Origin: Saprolegnia diclina VS20
Taxonomy: Eukaryota
Direction: 5' to 3'
Assembly (NCBI RefSeq): GCF_000281045.1
Contig: NW_008246095.1
Span: forward strand, 502,526-566,525
Length of the DNA stretch: 64,000 bases
The position numbers and the translations under genes were made by a program. This document shows, piece after piece, positions 1 to 10,546 of the stretch. The first letter of the stretch is position 1. Each line of letters begins with the position of its first letter. Under the pieces are notes generated by a model. That model saw only the letters and a program-made list of their open reading frames with translations. It had not been told where the DNA came from and ran no database searches.

Positions 1-170
1 GAAGTTGTGCGCAAAGGAAGTGGCGGGCACTTTGTCGAAGGCTTCGCTCCACCCGAGGTATAGTCGATAGTCGACGTCTGGCTGCCCGCAGCACTGCTGG
101 TGGCTTGGGTCTCCGCAGCAACCTGCGAGGCGGCAACGGCAGCAAACGTCAACACGGTAGCGATCTTCAT
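1..170 (-). CDS. 5' end of a putative secreted protein (runs off the window)
   Basis: ATG at 170 gives MKIATVLTFAAVAASQVAAETQATSSAAGSQTST...: basic-hydrophobic signal-peptide pattern followed by a Ser/Thr-rich segment; open to window edge. Confidence 0.65.
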   Translation of the reverse strand, partial: MKIATVLTFAAVAASQVAAETQATSSAAGSQTSTIDYTSGGAKPSTKCPPLPLRTT

Positions 171-602
171 GTTGCTAGGAAGTAACGTTGGCCTCGACGA
201 ACGTTGGGGAATGATCCATCAATCATGGGCTCCGAGCAGTCGACATACGACGGTATGAGTCTGGTATGCGTCTGGTATAGATTGCATCTTATCCAAATCT
301 GGGATAAGATATTTTGCTCGAGACGTCTGGTCAACGAACGCGCGCAAGTCTGGTACACTGTTATTGCCTGACGATGAACGACGACCCCTTCACGTCAGGC
401 GTTGACACTCGCAGGGATCTTCGTGGGCTAAATGGTCGTGAGTATGGACACCTCGCACACGCCTAACACATGTGTTTCCACCGCCGTTTTAGTCCATACC
501 CCCAGCGCTTGCTCGTGCATCACAAGCGCATACACTGTCGAACTGAACAAGAAAGCTCATAAATGTCATCCAATTGTGCTCACAAGCGCCGTAGCGTTGG
601 GC

Positions 603-1634
<1,032 letters not shown>

Positions 1635-1850
1635 TGTTTCCGGTTGCGTCTTGGCAAATGACCAATCGTCGACCACAGTACACTATTTTACACCCAATGG
1701 TCAGTTGATTGCTGGGTTAGCCCGTGCATCCAAGACCGCCGAGCGGAGGGCAGCAAGGAAATGTAATACTGCTTGATTCCCTTGAAGGAAGCCAAAATGG
1801 CCCACGACAATAGAGACCAGTGCACTAGGGTATAACGAATGCTACTGTTG

Positions 1851-2090
1851 NNNNNNNNNNNNNNNNNNNNNNNNNNNNNNNNNNNNNNNNNNNNNNNNNN
1901 NNNNNNNNNNNNNNNNNNNNNNNNNNNNNNNNNNNNNNNNNNNNNNNNNNNNNNNNNNNNNNNNNNNNNNNNNNNNNNNNNNNNNNNNNNNNNNNNNNNN
2001 NNNNNNNNNNNNNNNNNNNNNNNNNNNNNNNNNNNNNNNNNNNNNNNNNNNNNNNNNNNNNNNNNNNNNNNNNNNNNNNNNNNNNNNNNN
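1851..2090. other. assembly gap (240 N)
   Basis: run of n. Confidence 1.
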
Positions 2091-2331
2091 GTCATCGCCA
2101 CCACGCCTGTGCGTATATGCATGCGACGCTTCCTTTGCCGACCCCACAGATTCTGGTAGCCTGAACAAAGGCGCACGGAAGGACGCCATTGTTGTGTGCT
2201 GGCAGCAGGAACGCTTTCCAGAGTCGTGATTCGTGGTTCCTGGCCGACTACCGAAATAGTGTATGATTCAGCCAACAACTGATCCGGCACGCAACTGGTG
2301 GATCTAAAAATAGATTCAAAAGATTCGCCCC

Positions 2332-3262
2332 ATGAAGGCGGCGCCGTCCGAGGGCCTGCCGCTCTACCTCGTCGTGGCCGGCGGCTGCCTCTTGGTGCTC
2401 GTCGTCCTCTGGAAGCTCGCGAGCCGACGCGGCCGGCGCCAGTGTATGGGCCATGGCCTGCGACGCCGTCTCATTCGCGACCCTCCTAGACCATGCCCCG
2501 CTCGCCGTCGCCAATGGCACGTTCGCCGAAAACATCCATCGCCGCAAGCACGACCTCAACCGGTATATCGAGACGCTGCAGAGGAAGCTGCAGGTGCGCC
2601 AGGCGCAGCTCAAGATGCACGACCACGTTGAAGAGCTCTTGACGGCCCGCGCCGCCATGGAGGCGCAGAGCTACCCGTCCATGGCCAAGGACGACACGGA
2701 TAACGACAACGATCCAACCTGGGCCGCGATACTCGCGCGCGGGCGCGAGCTCTATGGCGATGCGTGGGACCACAGCAAGGACGGGGCGCCGCCTCTCAAG
2801 TACAATCGACTTGATTAGTGACGTACAGTAGCGTGGATGCTCGTAGGGAGCAAATGCAGTTGCACAAGACGGAGCTACTCGCGTCGGCGACACCGCGCAA
2901 GGATCCCGACGATGTACGCTCGTCTGTCTACGCTTCTCGTGACACCCGTGATGGCGTAGAAGCTCAAGAAGACGATTGCTCGCCAGAACCAAGCTGCCTT
3001 GCTCGTCCAGCAGCAGGTGCTTCGCACGGCGCGGAAGGACACGAACCGCCATCCAATGTCCGTCATCCCGGTGGCCCAGAGCCAATGGAAGTCGCAGCGA
3101 AAGTGCGGCGGACGTTCGATGGAGCCCGCGCCGGCGTCGCCTCGCAAGGCCAACGCGGACGGTAAAGGCTGGAGTCGAGGCAACGTCGCTGCGCCTCCGA
3201 CGGCGCCAACGCCCGGCGTGCCCAAGCTCAACTTGGCGGCGCTTCGAAGCCAATCAGAGTAA
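2332..3262 (+). CDS. hypothetical single-pass membrane protein with coiled-coil-like segments, 4 exons
   Basis: Frame is maintained across introns 2444-2489, 2800-2846 and 2914-2959 (all GT-AG); N-terminal hydrophobic LYLVVAGGCLLVLVVLW; ends PGVPKLNLAALRSQSE*. Confidence 0.6.
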
Positions 3263-3309
3263 AAGTACTACGCCAATACAAGAGAGTATAGATGGAGGCT
3301 ACGTAGTTT

Positions 3310-4159
3310 CTATTCCTTCTGGCGCTTCGATGGCGTCTTCTCGTCCTTCTCCTTGCTCTTTCGCTTGCCCTTCTTCAGTGTCCGGGGCGCGCTCCCGCCT
3401 GGAATGCACTCCTTGACAAACACTTCGATCTCCTTGAACGTCTTGGCGTCAATCGCGTCAATGTTGACGTCGAGCTCGTCCGACGTTTGCTACGCGTTGC
3501 ATGAGCGCAGGCGAGGAGGACGAGGTGGTTATCTACCTTGTCGAGCGCCTTGGGGCAGCGCTCCTCGAGCATCTCGACGATCGTGCCGAGGTCCTTGCTA
3601 GAGATCTTGTAAATGTCTTGGCTAAATACAATGCGGTCCTCCAGCGACGGGTCCCTAGCGATCGCTTGTCATCCGGCGTGCACAGGCCAAGCGCGCTTAC
3701 GACGACGACGACTTGGACGGCGGGCCATCGTCGAGCTTGAGATGCTTCATCTTGTCGTCGAACTGCTTGGCAAGGCTATGCGCGACGGCATAGAGCTCCG
3801 AGCCATCCTGCAAGCGAGTGTATTATGAGCGAGCAAGCATTGACGATGATACTGTACCTGGTTGTACAACTTGCAGTTGTCCCAGATAAGACGCATGTCC
3901 TTGGCAAACTCTTCCGGCTTCTTGTACTCGCCCTTGTTGAGCTTGATGCGGACCGCGCCCATGTCCATGGGCGTCTTGACGACCTGGAGGTAGTCGTAGA
4001 GACCCCACTCCTCCCAGTTCACGCGCTCCCGGAAGGGCTCTGCTCATGGCTTCACGTCAGATGACCCTTCACATACCCAGCGTCGTCCGTACCCGAGGCT
4101 TCCATCTTGAAGAACTCATCCAAGACGTCCGAGCACAACTTCTTCGTCTCGCCGTCCAT
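3310..4159 (-). CDS. single bromodomain + extra-terminal (ET) domain protein (GTE/BET-like), multi-exon
   Basis: Bromodomain EPFRERVNWEEWGLYDYLQVVKTPMDMG...DMRLIWDNCKLYN; ET-like SKDLGTIVEMLEERCP...DELDVNIDAIDAKT; basic C-terminus. Confidence 0.88.
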
Positions 4160-4778
4160 CTTGCCGTCGCAATTTTGCGGAGTTAAATGCGTATCCGGAT
4201 GAACCAAACCGGCTCCGCCCAGTCGTATCCGGATATCCACCAACTCAGCGCCACCCCGACCATGATCGCGCCAAAAGCGCCAACGCTGGGGTAACCAAGC
4301 TCAGCGCAGTCTCGGATGTTTCCGGTGTCACTTCGTTCAAAGCCCAGCATGAGTCTATGCTCGTGAATAGCAGCGGGATGGTACTGGCAAGCGCTGGCGA
4401 CCGCCACAACCGAATTTTAGTATGCAGGCGCGTTTCTAGCGTGCCACGTACTAACGGTACGTGAGGTCGTCATACCCAGCTGAGTAATACCCGGACCTTG
4501 AGCTAGGAAGTTGCTTCGACGAGGTCCTTGTGTGCACAACTTGGCGGTTGGGTTGCAGTGATCCGAAAATACCACATCGCGCGCGCAAGCTTGATCTTTG
4601 TATGCGTGGTTCGATGCGTCGCGCCAATATTTCCGCAAATCAACGGTTATTCCGTGCATTTCCGAAACATCACCCGACATACAAAGTCCATGTGATAAAA
4701 TACAGAGTCGGAATAATTTTTTAATGGCGTTCCGGTTGGTGGATCGTTATCCGGACATCGAACCGGCGGCCAGCACAA

Positions 4779-4792
4779 GCATTTGCGAATTC
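4779..4792 (+). promoter_or_regulatory. Inr/FPR-like core promoter of the poly(A) polymerase gene
   Basis: GCATTTGCGAATTC about 20 nt upstream of ATG 4814, resembling oomycete TCATTY-N-AWTT. Confidence 0.4.
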
Positions 4793-4813
4793 GGGCCGGA
4801 GAGGAAGAAGAGC

Positions 4814-6823
4814 ATGGCCGAGACAAGCGCTGCGGCCGCCATGGTGCTGGAGCAAGCGTACAAGGCGATCCGGACGACGCCGCCCGAGGCCGCCGACGTC
4901 GAGATGAGCGAGAAGCTGCAGGCGTACATGGACGAGCACTTCCCGATGGAGGTCGAGAAGAACATCCAGCGCCGCACGATCATCTTGGGCGAGCTCCGCA
5001 GCATCTTCCGCGCGTGGGTCAAGGACGTGTGCTTGAAGCGCGGTCTTCCCGAGGAGATTGCGAACGAAGCCGGTGGCATCATCCTTGTCTCGGGCTCGTA
5101 CCGGCTCGGCGTGAACGAGCCCGGCGCGGATATCGATACGATCTGCGTCGCGCCCAAGTTTGTGACCCGCGACGACTTCTTCTCGTCCCTAAAGGATATT
5201 CTCCTCAAGCACACCAAGGTGACGAACCTCGTCGCCATCGAAGGCGCGATCGTGCCCATCCTTACGTTTGATTATGAAGAAATCAACATCGATTTGCAAA
5301 TTGCTATTTTGGAGCGCAATAGCATCCCTGAGAACCTGAACGTGCTCGACGACAACATCCTCGTCGGCGTCGACACGCCCACCGAGAAGAGTCTCAACGG
5401 CCCGCGCGTCACCGAGCTCGTCATCAAGGTACACAGCCTGCCTTCCACCTTTGTCTCATACCTACGCCTTAGCTGACGCCCAACCGCAGCAGCTTCATTT
5501 CGGTCCTCCGCATCGTGCGTCGCTGGGCCAAGAAGCGCGGCCTCTACTCCAACAAGATGGGCTACCTTGGCGGCGTCAACTGGTGCATCCTCGTCTGCTT
5601 CATCAACCAGCTCTACCCGACGGCCGCGCCGTCCACGCTGCTCCTCCGCTTCTTCATGATCTTGACCAACTGGAAGTGGCCGCTCGCGATCCAAGTGCGT
5701 CCTTTCGTACAATTCTTCTCATCTTATCTCACAATCGTAGCTCTGCAAGACGCACGATGCGCACCTCGGGCTCGAAGTCTGGAACGCCAACGTCGGCGGC
5801 AACAAGTACCAAGTGATGCCGATCTTGACGCCGGCGTACCCGTCGATGAACTCGTCGTACAACGTGTCGGTGCACTCGCTCAGCGTCATGAAGGAAGAGT
5901 TCAAGCGCGGCCTCGAGGTCGTCAAGACCATCATCAAGGACGGCGGCAGCGACTGGTCGGCGCTCTTTGAGCCGTCGCCGTACTTTGTCGACCACCAGCA
6001 CTACCTCGCGATTGAGATTTACACGAGCAACGTCGACGACCAGGCCGCGTGGTGCGGCTATGCCGAGTCGCGCCTCCGCAAGCTCGTCGACAGCCTCGCG
6101 TACTACAACCCGCAGCTCTGCCGCCTCCGCGTGCACCCAAAGAAGTTTCCGCTCTCCTTTGCGTCCGACCCCGACGACGAGAAGCACGGTGGCACGTACT
6201 TTCTGGCGTTTGACGTCGACAAGCTCAAGCTGCGCAACTCGAAGGAGATCCACTTGAATGGCGCGGTCGACGACTTCAAGATGAACAGCCTTTACCGCTG
6301 GCCCAAGCGCGTCGACGGCATGGACGTCAAGATCACGCCGGTTGTGTGGAAGAACCTCCCCGAGTTTGTGTTTGAAGACATTGGCGGCAAGAAGATCGCC
6401 AAGGAGATGCGCCAGAAGCTGCTCAAGAAGAAGAAGGAGGACCTCGCCAAGCTCGAAGAGCTCGCGGCCGCCGCGCTCTCGTCGCCGACCAAGGCGGCTG
6501 CGCAAGCCGCGTCCGAGGCGTCGCAAGAAACCGTCGTGGCGGACGACACGGACGAGACGCCGCCCGACAATATGACGCCAGAAGAGACGACGGTCGACGT
6601 CGCTGCCGAGGTGACGACGGACGAATCAGGCCCGCCGTCCGAGGCGACGTCGCCGACGCCTGCGCCCACGGCGCCGCCCGCCACTGTCAAGCGGTCGCTC
6701 GATGCTGCAATGGCGGCCGCGCCCGAAGCGTCGCCGCCGCCCGAGCCCGTCATGCCCGAGCCCGTCATGCCCGTCGCGTCGCCGCCGAAGCGCAAGAAGA
6801 TGAAGATCTCGTTCACCAAGTAA
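4814..6823 (+). CDS. PAP1: canonical poly(A) polymerase, 3 exons (introns ~5429-5472, ~5695-5740)
   Basis: GSYRLGV...ADIDTICVAP catalytic motif, KSLNGPRVT, RRWAKKRGLYSNKMGYLGGVNW, MPILTPAYPSMNSSYNVS; C-terminal NLS-like PPKRKKMK. Confidence 0.95.
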
Positions 6824-7852
6824 CCCCACAAAAATAACTTATAAAAACAAGAGACGCGTGGCAGCCTGAAACCGGTTTGTTGGGATTTTCGTGGCGCACG
6901 GTTGGGAAGGTACCAACCGCAACCCAGAGTGTCGTCGTCGTCCGCTCCTGTCTTTGCTACACGGCTGGTGCTGTATGCTGATACACGCCTCGGTTGCTCG
7001 CACGGCCGTGGAACGGTTGGGCGTGTGGCCAGGTTGCTTGGTTGAAGGAGGCAAGCAGCTGCAGTGGATCGCCTTGAATGGATTGTGTGATACAGCCGCA
7101 GCCGCTGGGAATATTTCATGGCCATGAAGCCAGGTCACCGGTAGCCAACGTACGACCGCTACGCTCACCGTCGAGCAACAATGCGGTTGATGGAGATGCC
7201 GACGATACGATATCTGGTATCTGCAAGGCGTGCGTCAACTTTGTTCACCGACGTTGGGTTCAAGGTGGTGACAGCAGTGTGCACGTCCTCTGCGTCTTTG
7301 TATACCGCGGCTACTCGACCTCTGACTCGACGCGGCTCTTCCATTGCTTGCGCTCACAAATGGCTTGCTCTAGACAGGGCGGGTGGGACGCCAACGCGCG
7401 CACTTCTGCTTCGCGCGACCATTACACCATCGCGTTCCAAGCTCGCGTTGACGGTGGGCAAGGCGAGGACGATAGATTGCGATCAGCGGGTGTCTGCTGT
7501 GATGGCTGGTATGGAGCGGCGATGGGATGGTCGCCCGCCTCTTCCAGCGACGACGATGACGATCCGACCACCTGCATCAGCTCCTGTGTGAGAAATTCGT
7601 CGCTTCGAACTTCAGAGTGGCATCTGATACATTTCGTCATATAAAGTTCGACCAGTCTAACCGCCAGGCGTCCGTCAGGTTGGCGGCTAACCAGTTGCGG
7701 TCCACATTGCCCTTGCATTTGCCGCGTCGCAACCGGTTAACGGTTGGCGCCTGGCGATTTTCGAAAGCCGACTGGACACTCAGATGGCGAAGCAGGACGA
7801 TGCGGAATCGAAGATGATTTTCTTGAGCTTCACCCGCCAGCATGGCGGAGGC

Positions 7853-7868
7853 GCTCACTTCCGATTGT
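7853..7868 (+). promoter_or_regulatory. oomycete Inr+FPR-like core promoter of the cyclin
   Basis: GCTCACTTCCGATTGT about 20 nt upstream of the ATG at 7890. Confidence 0.55.
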
Positions 7869-7889
7869 CGCCGCTAGTGCCCAACCAAT

Positions 7890-8753
7890 ATGAAGAGTTT
7901 TATGGATCTCACGTGCAACGAAGAGCCTGCGATGAGCGTCGCGTACAGCCTCACGCCCGAGGCGATCGAGGACTCGCTTGCGTACCTGACCCGCAACCAG
8001 ACCAAGTCGCAGCCCAACGCGTCGTACCTCGCGACCGTGCAGGCCGACGGTATGGTCCTCGAGTGGCGCTCGAACGTCGTGAGCTGGATGACCAACCTCG
8101 CCGGCATGCTCACATTCCAGGTCAAGACGACCGCCCTCGCCCTCAACTACTTTGACCGCTACCTCTCGGTGCGCTCGATTCAGAAAAAGGACGTTGAGCT
8201 TATCGCAATGGCGTGCGTCCTCGCCGCCTCCAAATTCAACGAGCAGGACGCGCTTACCGTGGTCGAGGCTGTCTCGATCGCGAATGACTATAGCGCAGCC
8301 GACATTGTGTCGGCCGAGAAGGACCTGCTCAAGGTGCTCGACTGGAAGCTCGTGGCGGCGCTGCCGCACGACTTTCTCGAGAGCTACCTCGCGCTTCTCG
8401 ACACCGATGCGACGGTCTTGGACCTCTGCCTCGACCTCCTCTCGCGCACGGCCGAGGACATGAGCCTCCTCGAGTACCTCCCGTCGACAGTCGCCCTCGC
8501 GGTCGTCTCGGTCGCGTGCGACATGCTGCACATGCCCTTCCCGCGCGCTCGCTTTGAGCTCGACGCATCGTTTGGCGTCGTCAAGGAGGCGGTGTTCGCC
8601 CTCGCCCACCCGGCGGCCCCGGTTGAAGTCGAGTGCTCGACGCCGACAGCGCCAAGCAAGCTCAAGCGCTCGGCGAGCCCGAGCGGCGTCGAGGACGTCT
8701 ACTCGTACGACTCGCCGGTGTGCATCAAGCGCCAGCGTCTCTACTCGGCGTAA
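7890..8753 (+). CDS. cyclin, D-type-like (intronless)
   Basis: Cyclin box WRSNVVSWM...ALALNYFDRYLS...LIAMACVLAASKFNE...EKDLLKVLDWKL; N-terminal LTCNE = LxCxE. Confidence 0.9.
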   Translation: MKSFMDLTCNEEPAMSVAYSLTPEAIEDSLAYLTRNQTKSQPNASYLATVQADGMVLEWRSNVVSWMTNLAGMLTFQVKTTALALNYFDRYLSVRSIQKKDVELIAMACVLAASKFNEQDALTVVEAVSIANDYSAADIVSAEKDLLKVLDWKLVAALPHDFLESYLALLDTDATVLDLCLDLLSRTAEDMSLLEYLPSTVALAVVSVACDMLHMPFPRARFELDASFGVVKEAVFALAHPAAPVEVECSTPTAPSKLKRSASPSGVEDVYSYDSPVCIKRQRLYSA

Positions 8754-9152
8754 TCTCTCTCGTCGCATCTCTGTCGCTGTGCCGTGCCTTATTATTAACA
8801 CGTTGTCTATCGTCCAACGCCCTATAAATATATACCATTTCTATTTAGACTATCACTAGTCCACACCACAATGACAACTAGTACCAGTCGGAAATAGCAG
8901 TATGCAAAGCACGCCAAGCAGCGCCTACTTTGTTCCTGAAGCCGCGCGAATGCCACGTGTCACAGACGCCAATGCGGATGATGCACTCTTGGTCTGCAGA
9001 CGTGGTGTTGCTACCTACCTTCCTTTAGAAGCTGGCTTTTTCTGCAGCGTCGGCCTCTCGTCACGTCGACGAACGACGTCGTAGGCAGACCACGCACCGA
9101 TCGATTCTGGTTGCATCATTCGCACCGACCAGATATTCGTATTTGTGTTCGG

Positions 9153-9346
9153 GTAGCCATCGACACAGTACTAGACAGCTACAAGATTATTGACCTACAG
9201 TTCGATTTCGCAAGCTCGTCGGCGCCGTCTTTGCATCGCCGGTGCATGCTATTGTGCGAGTGGGTGCGCCGCTTCGTCGCCGCGTCCTCGCTGTTGTTCT
9301 TGGTCGTTGTTGTTATTGTTGTCTGTTTGAAACGCAAGCTCTTGGA
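9153..9346 (-). pseudogene. diverged direct duplicate of the 3' end and 3' flank of the TRP-like gene (parent ~10503-10717)
   Basis: tagacagctacaagattattgacctacagttcgatttcg...gtcggcgccgtctttgc...gtgcgccgcttcgtcg...caagctcttgga aligns by eye with 10503-10717, with an internal deletion of ~30 nt. Confidence 0.85.
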
Positions 9347-9862
9347 TGACACGATCGTCGACAGCAAAAAAGACGTCTCCATGCTCTCACAGGGCGAGTA
9401 TTTGGCGCCAGAGAAGACATCAAGAGCAGCGTGTACGTCGCCAAGCCGTTCGTGTCCAGCGACTCGCCCCACACCTTACTTGAAGGTATCATTATGTCCG
9501 AAGAAGCAAGCCAAGTTGCTGCCAAGTCGCTCAACATGTTGGAGACGCTCCAAGAGCTCTGTGGGACGAACTTTTCTCGGAGTTCCGATGCCAACGCCAA
9601 CGGGAAAAAGAAGTTGACAACACAGACAGGGCTTGAACCGGTGTAGTATAGAGAAGGAATCCACCGACTGGACAAAAGGTGGTCGACTAAATGCCTGTAT
9701 CTTGAGGTTTGGGCAAGAACGGCCTTCTCAACAACGGCTTTGAGTGTGACCGTGCCGTTTTGCTGCACCTGAACCCGTTGGCGGTCGAGAACGACCACTC
9801 AATGTTCACGATCAAGCGCAACCGCACTCAAGAAGCTCTTGGTCAAGCAGTTTGACGCGCGC
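9347..9862 (+). pseudogene. decayed C-terminal fragment of a long-chain acyl-CoA synthetase (ACSL/LACS)
   Basis: Frameshifted pieces TIVDSKKDVSMLSQGEYLAPEK, VYVAKPFVSSDS, GFECDRAVLLHLNPLAVEND, LKKLLVKQFDA follow the ACSL order IIDRKKNIFKLSQGEYVAPEK...VAQxFVHGDS...GFExVxAIxLxxxPFSVEND. Confidence 0.75.
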
Positions 9863-10546
9863 ATGAACCAATTCTGCATGAGTGCACAATCATTATGTTA
9901 TCGTAGTGGCTCTGTGGGTTTTGCACATGAGGAGGTACATTATTGCTAGCAGGCGCACGGCCATACATCGCATCATCACACATGGACAAGCGGCAATGGC
10001 GGCGCATTATCCGGATTAAATGTGCTCGGCGTCGCTGCTCGGCAGCTTGTTGACAAAGTTTGAAGTTTTTCACAGAGTCGCGTGTTTTGCTCGATATGCA
10101 TAGCGCATGACGCAGGGAGCCCAAAAACCAAAGAATGGTGCTCGTAGCGTGCCTCCAGCCCGAGTTAGGCGCCGTTCAAGTTGGCGAAACTGACTAGTAT
10201 CACTGTATCAATGTATCAATCGACTACCAGATTGCAACTAACTCAGGCTGTAGGCACGCTACGAGCCCCATTCCTTGGTTTATGGGCTCCCTGCGTCATG
10301 CGCTATGCATATCGAGCAAAACACGCGACTCTGCAAAAAACTTCAAACTTCGTCAACAAGCTGCCGAGCAGCGACGCCGAGCACATTTAATCTGGATAAT
10401 AATGCCCGGATAAAGATGCGCCGCCAGTGCCATTGCCGCTTCGCTTGCCTACTAGTACTACACCACATCCGGGACAATATCGAGGAAACAGCTCATTTTT
10501 GTGTAACCATCAACACAGTGTATTAGACAGCTACATGATTATTGAC

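Noticed and set aside
1688..2290. ORFs spanning the N run
   Set aside because: Artefacts of the assembly gap
4598..4813. N-terminal extension of the PAP ORF
   Set aside because: Promoter-like composition, with an Inr-like element at 4779 favouring ATG 4814
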